Assembly (NCBI GenBank): GCA_043826355.1
Contig: JBDRQI010000011.1
Coordinates: 1-64,000, forward strand
From: Candidatus Omnitrophota bacterium
Lineage (GTDB): Bacteria; Ratteibacteria; UBA8468; MWAK01
Direction: 5' to 3'
DNA length: 64,000 bases
A program made the translations under genes and the position numbers. A model generated the notes under the pieces. It had not been told where the DNA came from, ran no database searches, and was given only the letters and a program-made list of their open reading frames with translations. Position 1 is the stretch's first letter; each line of letters opens with the position of its first letter. Shown piece after piece: positions 40,455-49,961 of this stretch.

Positions 40455-41873
40455 TTAGAATTTGTATTCGGCGGTATAGGTAATAGTGCTCTCGCCGTCT
40501 TTTTCCACCGGTAGATTAAATTCCAGGGTAAAGGCGTCTTTCTTTTCATATTTGTGGCTGGATTGAATAATGTTCCAGTCCCCCCACTGGTGCTCCACCA
40601 CTTTGACGGCAATCGGCTCTTTTTTGTGGTTCCGCAGGGTGATTTCGTAGGTGTCCCAATAGAGGTTGGCGGTGACCATTTTGTGGTTTGTGATTTTTCG
40701 TTCTCCGACGACATCAAAGGCGTTGCCCAGGAAAAGTGATATTTTTTCGTCCTTGGGGGTGTGGTCAATCTGGTCTTCGCCGATAAACTGAAGGGTGTCG
40801 TCGGAATCCGCTTTGTAAACCTTTATTTTCCCCTTGGGCAGCGGGATGCCCAGTCCGTTCTTTTCGCTGTTCTTAAAGTCCAGTTTCACTTCTACCTTTT
40901 TGTTGTAAGGCTGGTCTTTCCAGCTGTCATAATAATACCAGCGGTAGAGGGCGCCGTCATAGGTATAAATTTTCTCCACCGGAACCCTTGGCGCGGCAAA
41001 GAGCGCAATCTGCTTGGTCTGGTTGTTTTTCAGGTCGGTCTTTCGCTGCAGGGTGTAAAGGTGGTATTCAAAGAATGATTTTTCTTCAAACTGGGCTGCG
41101 GCTGCCATGGATTTTTCCGCACGCAGTATAACGTCTCTCTGAACGGCAGGTTGCTCGGTTACCCGGTGCACATCTCCGGCGATCAGTTTCAAGCCGGCGT
41201 TTTCGTACCCGGCGCCGGAGTTGTTGTTGATTGTCACCCAGGCGTTCAGGGAAATATTTTTATCGTCTTTGGCAACGCTGGCAACGTAATCCGCGCGCCA
41301 GGTCATTCCGTTGGTCAGGTAACCCAACTCCACCAGGTGCCGGCCGCTCTTGGCGTTGGCCAGGGACCAGACCAGGGTCGGCTTGGTAATCAGTCCCTCC
41401 GGCAGCTGGGGAAACTCAAGGTTTCTGATATTTTCCCGGTTGACCATGAAGACCGGTCCCTTCTCTTTATCTTTTACCAGAACCAGCTGGTTGGAGTCGT
41501 AGCTGGACAGGAAGCCCTGGTAAAAGCTGCTGTCCTGGGTAAGAATCTTTATCTCATTATCGATATATTTTCGGAGCAGTTTATCCGCGTTAACCAGGTC
41601 ATATTCAAAGTTCTGTTCCAGGATGGAGCATTCGGCCGGAGCGGTCAGGGACTTAAAGTGGACGCTGGTAGCGTCAATCTGGGAGGCGATATCGGAAAAC
41701 CGCACCTGGTTCATGCCTTCCTTCAGGTTTAGAAACCGGAGGTCGCGCACCAGCGCAAAGTTCTGGTTGTAGATGGTGAGACCGACCTCTTTTCTTTCCA
41801 TCTCCTGTCCGAAAGCAACGCTGCTGTCGAACAACACAAAACAGATTCCCAAAACCAACATTATCCTTTTCAT
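40455..41873 (-). CDS. DUF4139-domain secreted protein
   Basis: Signal peptide; LTIYNQNFALVRD, EQNFEYDL, YLT.G.TW.ADY, PLPKG.I.VY. Confidence 0.85.
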   Translation of the reverse strand: MKRIMLVLGICFVLFDSSVAFGQEMERKEVGLTIYNQNFALVRDLRFLNLKEGMNQVRFSDIASQIDATSVHFKSLTAPAECSILEQNFEYDLVNADKLLRKYIDNEIKILTQDSSFYQGFLSSYDSNQLVLVKDKEKGPVFMVNRENIRNLEFPQLPEGLITKPTLVWSLANAKSGRHLVELGYLTNGMTWRADYVASVAKDDKNISLNAWVTINNNSGAGYENAGLKLIAGDVHRVTEQPAVQRDVILRAEKSMAAAAQFEEKSFFEYHLYTLQRKTDLKNNQTKQIALFAAPRVPVEKIYTYDGALYRWYYYDSWKDQPYNKKVEVKLDFKNSEKNGLGIPLPKGKIKVYKADSDDTLQFIGEDQIDHTPKDEKISLFLGNAFDVVGERKITNHKMVTANLYWDTYEITLRNHKKEPIAVKVVEHQWGDWNIIQSSHKYEKKDAFTLEFNLPVEKDGESTITYTAEYKF

Positions 41874-41895
41874 CTTTGCCTCCTGGAACCGTGTG

Positions 41896-42999
41896 CTAAT
41901 TAAAAAGATTATGGACAGAATCAATGAATGCTTCGATGTTCTTCTTTGGCGTTCCGGGAAGTATTGTCGCATCGGCTTGTCCAAAGATGTGTCTTCTTTC
42001 CCTTGTTGCCAGGTTAAGATTTTTAACATACTCCGCTATTTCAGCAGGAATTCCATCCTTTAAAGTTTGCAACGGAATATTTCCTTTACTTATAACCGTT
42101 TTAGAAAGAAACGAGAGCGTTTTTTTGAGGTCGGTTATATTTCCGCATGGGGGTGTGGAGCATCCTTCGTAGATATCCGGTTTGAGACGGTCCATTATGC
42201 CTGATTCTATTATATCCCTGGAATAGCCGCACATGTGATAAAGTGAATACGCTTTGTTCCGCCTAATCCTATCTGTTATTTGTGACACATAAGGAATAAT
42301 TGCTTCCTCGAATATCCAGGGTGAAAGTAGCTCAAGGCCCGCAGACCCCATTGAGAATACTTTGATGCCAAGAGATGATAAGAAATCGATCAGCTTAAGA
42401 TATACATCCAGGATACCGTCCATGCTTTCACGGTATCTCTTTTGGAAATCATAGTAAAATAAAGACATATTTTTGTATTCAATCAGATAGTAAGATTCAA
42501 ACGGGATAAGTAATGTAGCCGCAGGCAGGCGTCCGATTTGGTTAACTTTTTCGATACGTGGTTTTAATATTGATTCTAACCTCTTGAAATTTAAAGAAAT
42601 CATACGGGTGTAATAGTCAATCAGGCCAAAATCTTCTTCTCCTTTGACCGGCCCTTCAAGCTGTTGGTCGATGAGGCCGCGCCGGGTCCCAATAATTCTT
42701 TCTGCCTTTTTCTTGTCCCCGAAAGCAATCTCTTCTTTGTAAAATTTTTCGGAGCCGTTATCTTTTACGAGTTTTTTATCCCAGCGAAGTTCCGGTATAA
42801 TTTTCTCAAAAGAACTAAAACATGAAATCCATGAATCTGTTTTAAAATTATTATGAAAATTAACTATGTCTTCAAAGGTCACCCGGTATGTTTCCTTTGA
42901 AAAAAATTCACCCACATAAGATGACGGGTCGATGATTACAAACTCATTTTTCTTATACCCGCCCTCCAGAAACATAACAAACTTTTCGATTCTTTCCAT
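41896..42999 (-). CDS. Divergent URO-D/methyltransferase-family protein (AT-rich)
   Basis: LLSP..FEE...PY, YHMCG, TPP.GN, ISKGNI, GTP..NI.A. Confidence 0.7.
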   Translation of the reverse strand: MERIEKFVMFLEGGYKKNEFVIIDPSSYVGEFFSKETYRVTFEDIVNFHNNFKTDSWISCFSSFEKIIPELRWDKKLVKDNGSEKFYKEEIAFGDKKKAERIIGTRRGLIDQQLEGPVKGEEDFGLIDYYTRMISLNFKRLESILKPRIEKVNQIGRLPAATLLIPFESYYLIEYKNMSLFYYDFQKRYRESMDGILDVYLKLIDFLSSLGIKVFSMGSAGLELLSPWIFEEAIIPYVSQITDRIRRNKAYSLYHMCGYSRDIIESGIMDRLKPDIYEGCSTPPCGNITDLKKTLSFLSKTVISKGNIPLQTLKDGIPAEIAEYVKNLNLATRERRHIFGQADATILPGTPKKNIEAFIDSVHNLFN

Positions 43000-43090
43000 A
43001 TCTCCTTCGTAAGGCCGCCGGGTCTGCCAAAATACACCTATCGGGACTGTTGTTTGCGAAATTTAGACACCGCAATTGCCAAAAAGTTCC

Positions 43091-44410
43091 CTACTGTTTT
43101 CTAATCATTTTGAAAATTACCGTTGGTTTTGCGGTCACAACCTGGAACTGATAAAGCGGCAGTGGCGGATTTTTACGCGTCAAAGAAGTTTCTTCACACA
43201 CAATAATCATTTCATCCTTGTTTTCTTCCGCTTTGGTAATGGTATATTCCAATTTGTCATCCTGGCTGATGATTACAACCACCATTTTGCTGTTAAAATC
43301 CACCTCCGGTAAAAACGCCGTGATGTTCCGGCCGGCGTTTTGCAAACGCCAGATATTTGCCCACTCTTTTTCATTTCTGATGATGGTGTGGGGCGGTGGA
43401 GTCCGACGCGAAAATTCGGCCTCCAGGAAACTTAATGTCTTTCCGGAAATAGTGGATTGTCTCGTTGACGCCGTCCTGTTTTTAGGCGCGCCCGGCGGCG
43501 CGACTAATCTGTTTTGAAGAGTTGGTTTTGGGTAAAAGACGATGAACAGGATTAAAATCAAAACAGCGCTTCCCAGACCGTAGGAAATATGCCTGAGACG
43601 GTATCGCGGGCCGGTCTTTCGCGCCACCATTTTTTTTGCCGCCTTCAATATCCCGGCTTCAAAATTATCCGGAGGTTTTACCGGATCAGTTTCGGCCAGG
43701 ATTTTTTGGACGGTTTTCATCTCCTGGAAAATTTTCCGGCATTCAGCGCAATCTTTCAGGTGTTTTTGAAGATTTTCCTCGACGCTTGGAAGCAGGAGGT
43801 TGTCCAACCGGGCGGAAAAAAATTCGCTGTTTTCATGATAGTCCTGAGCAATGTTTATCGGATTCTTCAGGTCCGAGAGAATATTTGCATACAGTTGTTT
43901 TCTGGCTTGAGCCAAACGCGATTTAACCGCGAGGTAGCGGCATTTTAAAATACAGGCGATTTCCAAATATGATTTACCCTCCGTATCCTTGAGTACAATG
44001 ATAAAGTTATCGGGCGGTGCCAGACCGGCGAGCCCTTTTTGGATCAGCTGAAATTGTTCTTTCTTTCCGATTTCATTCAGAGTAATTAGCTGGTTAGCCG
44101 CAACTGCCTCAGAGCCAGTCGGAACTGAATGACGGAACGGACGCGCCGGATACCTTGTTCGGCGCCTGGACCTGTTTTTCCAGACGTCAAAAGTGGCGTG
44201 GCAGAGAAAGATATAAATCTGAAAACTGTTTTCAAAACGACGGTAATTTTTCAGAGTTTTCAGAAATGCCGCCCGGGTGAGCTCTTCTGCCTCTTCTCTG
44301 TCCTGGCATAAATGATAAGCCAGGTTGAAGATGTTGCTGCCTTCCTGGTGAACGGCTGCCTCCAGAAACCAGTACGGGTCAACGTCAAAATTTCTATTTT
44401 TTCTAATCAT
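43091..44410 (-). CDS. ECF sigma factor fused to zinc-finger anti-sigma, TM helix and PrcB-C-like extracellular domain
   Basis: sigma2 (AEELT..AFLK), sigma4 (SYLEIA....AVKSRLAQAR), HLKDCAEC zf-HC2, TM, then IIRNEKEW..IW...LPEVDFNSKMVVVI. Confidence 0.75.
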   Translation of the reverse strand: MIRKNRNFDVDPYWFLEAAVHQEGSNIFNLAYHLCQDREEAEELTRAAFLKTLKNYRRFENSFQIYIFLCHATFDVWKNRSRRRTRYPARPFRHSVPTGSEAVAANQLITLNEIGKKEQFQLIQKGLAGLAPPDNFIIVLKDTEGKSYLEIACILKCRYLAVKSRLAQARKQLYANILSDLKNPINIAQDYHENSEFFSARLDNLLLPSVEENLQKHLKDCAECRKIFQEMKTVQKILAETDPVKPPDNFEAGILKAAKKMVARKTGPRYRLRHISYGLGSAVLILILFIVFYPKPTLQNRLVAPPGAPKNRTASTRQSTISGKTLSFLEAEFSRRTPPPHTIIRNEKEWANIWRLQNAGRNITAFLPEVDFNSKMVVVIISQDDKLEYTITKAEENKDEMIIVCEETSLTRKNPPLPLYQFQVVTAKPTVIFKMIRKQ

Positions 44411-44627
44411 GACGTTAAGAAAAATTTGTTATACACTCCCGCCTTATTCCCCTTTTTTGGTTTCATGATCTGAGACTAATTTTCGTCCGCCCGCAGTCAA
44501 AATTTCTCTTTAAGAACAAATTCGGCAACTGTAGATATAAGTATAGCATAAAAATGCTGGCGGGAAAAAGATTTTTTATTCTAATTTCTTGCTTCTGCCG
44601 GCTGTCTGCTGTAAAATATTGCGGTAG

Positions 44628-45395
44628 ATGGAAAAAAAAAGAACCGGATTGATTGCCTGCGAAATTTTTTTCCGCGAGATTGCCTATTTTGCAGCCCGGG
44701 GGCCGCAGGTGATTGACGCGGTCTTTTTACCTAAGGGTCTGCACGATTTAGGCGGGGACAAGATGCGGGAAACCATTCAGGCGGAAATAGACAAGATGCA
44801 GGAGAAGGATTATACACGCATTATCCTGGGTTATGCGCTCTGCAATAACGGTATCGTCGGATTAACCGGGAGGCGTTTTTCCCTGGTTGCCCCCAGGGCA
44901 CATGATTGCATTGCCGTATTTATGGGTTCCCGGGAACGATACCAGGACTATTTCTTTGCCAATACCGGGACCTATTTTCACACCACAGGCTGGCTGGAAA
45001 GAGGTACGCCGGAAGGGGGCGGGGTAACCACTAAATACTTTGATTCTCAGTTGGGGCCAATGAATCTGCGGCAGAGCCTGGAAGATCTTATCGCTAAATA
45101 CGGAGAGGAGAACGGATTTTACCTCCACCAGATACTGGACCCGGAGAAGAACTATCACAAGATTTTATACATTACCTTGCCTTTACCGGGATTGCCGGAT
45201 TACCGTGACCTTTCTCGGGAAACAGCACAAGATAAAGGTTGGGAATGGGAGGAGATGACCGGAGACAGCAGTTTTTTGAAACAACTGATTGAAGGTCCTT
45301 ACCCGGAGAGGGATTTTCTGGTGGCGAAACCGGGGCAAAGGATTGTAGCGACCAACGGCGAAAAAATTATCGGGTCTGTTTCAATAAAAACCTGA
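44628..45395 (+). CDS. DUF1638-domain protein
   Basis: IACEIF.RE, GLHD, LGYALC.NG..G, PRAHDCI..FMGS. Confidence 0.85.
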   Translation: MEKKRTGLIACEIFFREIAYFAARGPQVIDAVFLPKGLHDLGGDKMRETIQAEIDKMQEKDYTRIILGYALCNNGIVGLTGRRFSLVAPRAHDCIAVFMGSRERYQDYFFANTGTYFHTTGWLERGTPEGGGVTTKYFDSQLGPMNLRQSLEDLIAKYGEENGFYLHQILDPEKNYHKILYITLPLPGLPDYRDLSRETAQDKGWEWEEMTGDSSFLKQLIEGPYPERDFLVAKPGQRIVATNGEKIIGSVSIKT

Positions 45396-46227
45396 TGGCC
45401 GGTGGTATCTTTTCCAATAAGTCTTCGGCCAGAAGAGACGGTTCGCTTTTCTCCCGGCTTGCCAGGTCCCCGGCCAGACCGTGCAGGTAAACTCCCAGCG
45501 AAGCAGCGGAAAAGGCCGGCAGTCCCTGAACCAACAGCCCGGCGATGAGCCCGGCCAGTACGTCACCGCTTCCGGCAGTCGCCAGGCCCGGGTTTCCGGT
45601 AAAATTGAGATATAGAGAACCATCCGGTGAGGCCACCACCGTCTGATACCCTTTTAGGACCGTAATGGTGTTGTATTTCCGGCTGAAACGCAAGGCGGTT
45701 TCCTTTCGCGATTTTTGTATTTTTTCAATCTTCAGTCCGGTCAGTCCGGCCATTTCACCGGGGTGAGGCGTCATGATTACCGGCGCTTTTACTCCTCTTA
45801 AAATCTCCGGTTTTCCTCTTAATGCGTTAAGCCCGTCAGCATCCATAACAATCGGTTTTTCCAATCCGTTAAGCAATTTGGCAATAAATCCGGGAATTGA
45901 TTTTTTGTGTCCCAAACCCGGTCCAACCAGCAGGCCGTCGGTTTTGGGGATAAAGCCCTGAATCAGAGGTAAACTTTGCGGGGAGAGGACATTTTCCTTT
46001 TCCGGAAGGGGCAAAAACATTAATTCTATGAAGCGGCTGGCCAAAATGGGATAGAGACCGGCGCCAATCGCTAATGTAACCAGGCCGGCGCCGGAGCGCA
46101 GAGCCGAAGTTGCAGCCAGTCCGGCGGCTCCGGTCATTCCCGGAGAACCGGCAACCACCAATAAATGTCCGAACTTACCTTTGTGGGCATCTCTTGGCCG
46201 CTTGCGCAGAATTTCAACCCCATCCAT
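45367..46227 (-). CDS. nnrD: NAD(P)H-hydrate dehydratase
   Basis: HKG.FG, GPGLG, DADGL, TPHPGEM, LATAGSGDVLAG. Confidence 0.93.
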   Translation of the reverse strand: MDGVEILRKRPRDAHKGKFGHLLVVAGSPGMTGAAGLAATSALRSGAGLVTLAIGAGLYPILASRFIELMFLPLPEKENVLSPQSLPLIQGFIPKTDGLLVGPGLGHKKSIPGFIAKLLNGLEKPIVMDADGLNALRGKPEILRGVKAPVIMTPHPGEMAGLTGLKIEKIQKSRKETALRFSRKYNTITVLKGYQTVVASPDGSLYLNFTGNPGLATAGSGDVLAGLIAGLLVQGLPAFSAASLGVYLHGLAGDLASREKSEPSLLAEDLLEKIPPAIRFLLKQTR

Positions 46228-46230
46228 GAT

Positions 46231-46608
46231 TTATAGTTTTTCTATCAAGCAAAAAGCGATGGCGTAGTCTCCGGAATGAGAGAGGGAAACGGATGCGCAG
46301 AAACCATTTTCTTTCAGGGTTTTTCCGGCTGTTCCGGAAAAACGGAAATAGGGTTGGCCGCCCGGGCTGTTAAGTACTTCTATTTCCCGCCAGCGTATTC
46401 CCCCCCGGTTTTCCCGCTGTAACGCTTTTAAAAACGATTCCTTGGCGGCAAACTTACCGCTGTAATGGACTGCCGGGGTACGCTTCTTTTCGCAAATTTG
46501 CTGTTCCGCTTCGGTAAAGATGTGGTCTTTAATCCGTCCGCCGAAACGCTTCAGCGTTCCGGACATGTGGACGATTGAAACGATGTCAACGCCGATTCCG
46601 GAAACCAT
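46231..46608 (-). CDS. acpS: Holo-ACP synthase
   Basis: GIGVDIV, FAAKES.LKA, SLSHS.DYA. Confidence 0.93.
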   Translation of the reverse strand: MVSGIGVDIVSIVHMSGTLKRFGGRIKDHIFTEAEQQICEKKRTPAVHYSGKFAAKESFLKALQRENRGGIRWREIEVLNSPGGQPYFRFSGTAGKTLKENGFCASVSLSHSGDYAIAFCLIEKL

Positions 46609-46637
46609 AGGGGCTGTTAAAGAATAAAATGAACCCC

Positions 46638-46889
46638 TTAAGCGGTTTGAATTGAAATCAACTTCCGGCCGCGTCTGTTTTCAAACGTAACCTTTCCGGC
46701 TGAAAGGGCAAAGATGGTGAAATCGGTGCCCATTTTGGTATGCGAGCCAGGTTTGAAATGGCTGCCCCGCTGGCGTACGATTATCTCGCCGGCCGAGACA
46801 ACCTGTCCGCCGTAACGTTTGACGCCCAGGCGCCTGCCGGCGCTGTCGCGTCCATTTTTAACTGACCCCCCGCCTTTTTTTGTCGCCAT
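46638..46889 (-). CDS. rpmA: 50S ribosomal protein L27
   Basis: [15 protein letters not shown]...RLGVK, IIVRQRG. Confidence 0.97.
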   Translation of the reverse strand: MATKKGGGSVKNGRDSAGRRLGVKRYGGQVVSAGEIIVRQRGSHFKPGSHTKMGTDFTIFALSAGKVTFENRRGRKLISIQTA

Positions 46890-46966
46890 AGTACACTCCT
46901 TTTTTAAACAAGCAATTATGTAGTATTGTAGCGGTGCGATTTATCGCACGTATTGTAGTGTTCTGA

Positions 46967-47121
46967 AAGTGGGCGAGACAGGACTTGGCGCCGTTCGGCT
47001 TTCACTGCGCCTCAGGTCGGCCCCCCGCTGGTATTGCTCCTTAATCAGTCGCAATATACCTGACTTCGCTCCTTTCAAGTCCTGTCTTCAGGATGCTTAG
47101 AAGTGGGCGAGACAGGACTTG
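46967..47121 (-). repeat. tRNA-Val-linked mini-element: 21-bp duplication of the tRNA 3' end with an internal antisense T-arm copy
   Basis: 46967-46987 = 47101-47121; TTCAAGTCCTGTCT at ~47075-47088 is the inverted copy. Confidence 0.8.
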
Positions 47122-47176
47122 AACCTGTGGCCTTTCGGATGTAAGCCGAATGCTCTGCCAGCTGAGCTACTCGCCC
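47104..47176 (-). tRNA. tRNA-Val (TAC)
   Basis: GGGCGAG/CTCGCCC acceptor stem, TTCGG-CTTACAT-CCGAA anticodon arm, GGTTCAAGTCC T-arm. Confidence 0.96.
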
Positions 47177-47192
47177 CTTAATATATTTTACC

Positions 47193-48545
47193 CTATTTTA
47201 ACGAGGCGAGCAATTCGGTGAAGAAGGATTGGATTTCGTGAAGCCGCTTTTCCGTGTCTGCCTCAAAACGCAGTACCAGCGCCGGTTGGGTATTTGAAGC
47301 GCGTACCAGGCCCCAGCCGTCCTCAAAATAGACCTTCACGCCGTCTATGTCAGATATTTTATATTTGCTGGAAATTTTTTCTTTCAGCCGTTCCACCAGG
47401 ACAAACTTTTTTTCGTCCGGCACTTCCATGCGAATTTCCGGGGTGGCGTGGTATTGTTTAAGCCGCCCCAGGAGGGAGGACAGGTTTTCTTTACGCCGGG
47501 ACAAGTATTGCAGGACGCGTCCGGACGCATAGATAGCGTCGTCAAATCCGTACCAGTGGTCGCCGAAATAGAGGTGACCGGAAAGTTCACCGGCTACTTT
47601 GGCGCCCACCTCATGCATCTTGTCTTCAATCAGGGAATGGCCGGTCTTCCACATCAGCGGTTTTCCGCCCAGTCGGGTAATCTCCTCCTCCAGCGCCTTA
47701 CTGCACTTAACGTCAAAGACAATGGTTGCGCCCGGATTTTCAGAGATAATTTCTTCGGAAAGAAGCGCCAGTATTTTGTCTCCCCAGACCAGGTTGCCCT
47801 GCTCGTCGCAGAGCCCGATTCGGTCTCCGTCTCCGTCGATGCCGATGCCTAATTCCGCGCCGCTCTCTTTAACCTTTGCCGCCAGGTCGGCCATGTTTTT
47901 CGGCACGACCGGATCGGCCAGATGGTGGGGGAAAGTATTATCGCTGTTGCAGTAAAGCGGGATTACTTCGGCCCCCAGTCCAATCAGCGCCGGAAGGGCG
48001 ACCGGGCCCGCGGTTCCGTTTCCGCAGTCCAGGACCACTTTTAGCGACCGGTCTAACTGAAAGGCCTTTTTAATTGCCGCCAGATAATCAGGCACAACTT
48101 CTATTTGTGTAAATCCCCCGTTTCCGGACGGGAATTTTCCCGATTCCATTAATTCCCGGATTTCCTGGATTTGCAGGCCGAATATGCTCTGGCGGTTAAC
48201 CAGCAGTTTAAAGCCGTTATAAGCAGGAGGATTGTGGCTGGCGGTCACCATAATTCCGGCTGGCAAGGAAAGTTTATGGCTGGCGAAATAGAACGTCGGC
48301 GTTGGAACCTCTCCGAGAAAGATAACGTCGGCTCCGCTTTGCCGCAGGCCTGCCATCAAACGCTCGCTGAAGAGGGGAGAGGTGGCGCGGTTATCGTGTC
48401 CGACCAGCACCTTTTTGGCGGCGCCTTTTTTTTCAAGGTAAACGACAAATGCCTGGCCCAGGCCAAAGGCAAAATCAGCGGTCAGCTCGGTATTTGCCAG
48501 GCCGCGCAAATCATATTCCCGGAAAATTGTTTTAGGTATTTTCAT
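47193..48545 (-). CDS. Phosphomannomutase/phosphoglucomutase
   Basis: IFREYDLRG, TASHNP, DGDGDR, GELSGH, RASNTQP. Confidence 0.95.
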   Translation of the reverse strand: MKIPKTIFREYDLRGLANTELTADFAFGLGQAFVVYLEKKGAAKKVLVGHDNRATSPLFSERLMAGLRQSGADVIFLGEVPTPTFYFASHKLSLPAGIMVTASHNPPAYNGFKLLVNRQSIFGLQIQEIRELMESGKFPSGNGGFTQIEVVPDYLAAIKKAFQLDRSLKVVLDCGNGTAGPVALPALIGLGAEVIPLYCNSDNTFPHHLADPVVPKNMADLAAKVKESGAELGIGIDGDGDRIGLCDEQGNLVWGDKILALLSEEIISENPGATIVFDVKCSKALEEEITRLGGKPLMWKTGHSLIEDKMHEVGAKVAGELSGHLYFGDHWYGFDDAIYASGRVLQYLSRRKENLSSLLGRLKQYHATPEIRMEVPDEKKFVLVERLKEKISSKYKISDIDGVKVYFEDGWGLVRASNTQPALVLRFEADTEKRLHEIQSFFTELLASLK

Positions 48546-48562
48546 TTTTTATTTAAAAAATT

Positions 48563-48726
48563 TGTCATTCCCGAATGTATTAATCGGGAATCTAAATCTT
48601 TTTGGTATAGATACCCGCTTATTCGCCTGGGCGTCGCCTGAGACTTCGGCGCACTCTGGCGAGGCGAAGCCTGGGCTCGTCTGGACGAAGTCTGGCCGAC
48701 CTGACCGGCTATCCGCGGGTATGACA
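48563..48726. repeat. Nested palindromic mini-elements (three layers)
   Basis: Outer GTCATTCCCG...GCGGGTATGACA; inner 48623-48709 matches the lolE insert; innermost 48674-48703 with CCTG duplication matches the thpR insert. Confidence 0.8.
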
Positions 48727-48757
48727 GATTTTTGTTAATGTTTCTATACTTAAAATT

Positions 48758-49900
48758 TCAGTACGCTGCCTGATAGATGCGCAGCAAATCCTCTTTGGTC
48801 ACAGGTTTTGGCGTATTGGCGACGGGAACCGCTACTGCCCACGCTTCTTCCACCATCTTTTCAAAATCACTCTTTTGAACCTTAAAATCTGCCAGCCGTT
48901 TTTGGAAACCGATTTTCTTCTCGAAAGCGAAAAGAAATTTTATCGCCTCTTCGGCCTCTTCTTTTGCGGAACGCCCTTGAGATACTCCAAAAGCAGAAGC
49001 CAGCCGGGCCAGTTTTTCCGCCGCAAAAGGAAGAATTTCTGCTGCTACGTAAGGCAGCAGGAGTCCGTTGGCGACACCGTGGCTGATGCCGTATCTGGCG
49101 CCCAGCGGATAGGAAAGAGAATGACCGACGATTACGCCGGCGTTGGCCAGGCTGATTCCCCCCAGCAGACTGCCCAGCATGGTTTTGGTCCGCGCTTCAA
49201 GGTTTTGGCCGTCGGACACCGCCGTCGGGAGTCCGTCAACCAAGAGTGCTGCCGCCTGCAGGGAAAGCGGCTCAGTCAGCGGATTGCTGTTTTTAGACAG
49301 GAATGATTCGATTGCGTGGGTCAGCGCGTCAAGTCCGGTGGCGCGCGTCGGTTCCGCCGGCAGGCCCAGGAGTAAGACCGGGTCAAGAATGGCTGCTGCC
49401 GGAATGATATACGGACTGTTAATTCCGCCCTTGCGTCCCTGGTGAACCAGGACCGCAGTTTGGGTCAATTCGCTTCCGGTGCCGGCGGTGGTCGGTATCA
49501 TAATTCCGGGTATTGCTTTACGGGTCAAAAGGTTTTGGCCCCGGTATTTTTCCGAACTGCCCGGATTGGTTATCAGCCCGGCAACCGCTTTGGCGGTATC
49601 CATGGCACTTCCGCCTCCAATACCGATGACCAGGCCCGGTTTTTCTTTCCGGGCGAAATCCGCCATTGCATCAACCGTTTGAACCGTTGGCTCTCCGGGT
49701 GTAATTTCACAGGGAATTGTTTTCCAACCCGCCAGCAGTCTTTCCACGCGGGGCCAGATTTGCGGTTTTACTGCCGGGTCCATCACTATCAGAACGTTCC
49801 CCCCGGTCAGAAAGAAACTGACTTCTTCCGGCAGGAGGTCAAACTTTCCCGTTCCGAAGATTACTTTCGGCGGTATCCGAAAAACAAAATCATTCTTCAT
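48758..49900 (-). CDS. Iron-containing alcohol dehydrogenase
   Basis: GGGSAMDTAK, IPTTAGTGSE, DALTHAIES, H.LSY....HG.AN. Confidence 0.93.
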   Translation of the reverse strand: MKNDFVFRIPPKVIFGTGKFDLLPEEVSFFLTGGNVLIVMDPAVKPQIWPRVERLLAGWKTIPCEITPGEPTVQTVDAMADFARKEKPGLVIGIGGGSAMDTAKAVAGLITNPGSSEKYRGQNLLTRKAIPGIMIPTTAGTGSELTQTAVLVHQGRKGGINSPYIIPAAAILDPVLLLGLPAEPTRATGLDALTHAIESFLSKNSNPLTEPLSLQAAALLVDGLPTAVSDGQNLEARTKTMLGSLLGGISLANAGVIVGHSLSYPLGARYGISHGVANGLLLPYVAAEILPFAAEKLARLASAFGVSQGRSAKEEAEEAIKFLFAFEKKIGFQKRLADFKVQKSDFEKMVEEAWAVAVPVANTPKPVTKEDLLRIYQAAY

Positions 49901-49961
49901 CTTCAGGACTCCTTATGCCGGCTATTTTACCATATTTCACAAATCCGTTGTATAAAATGCA

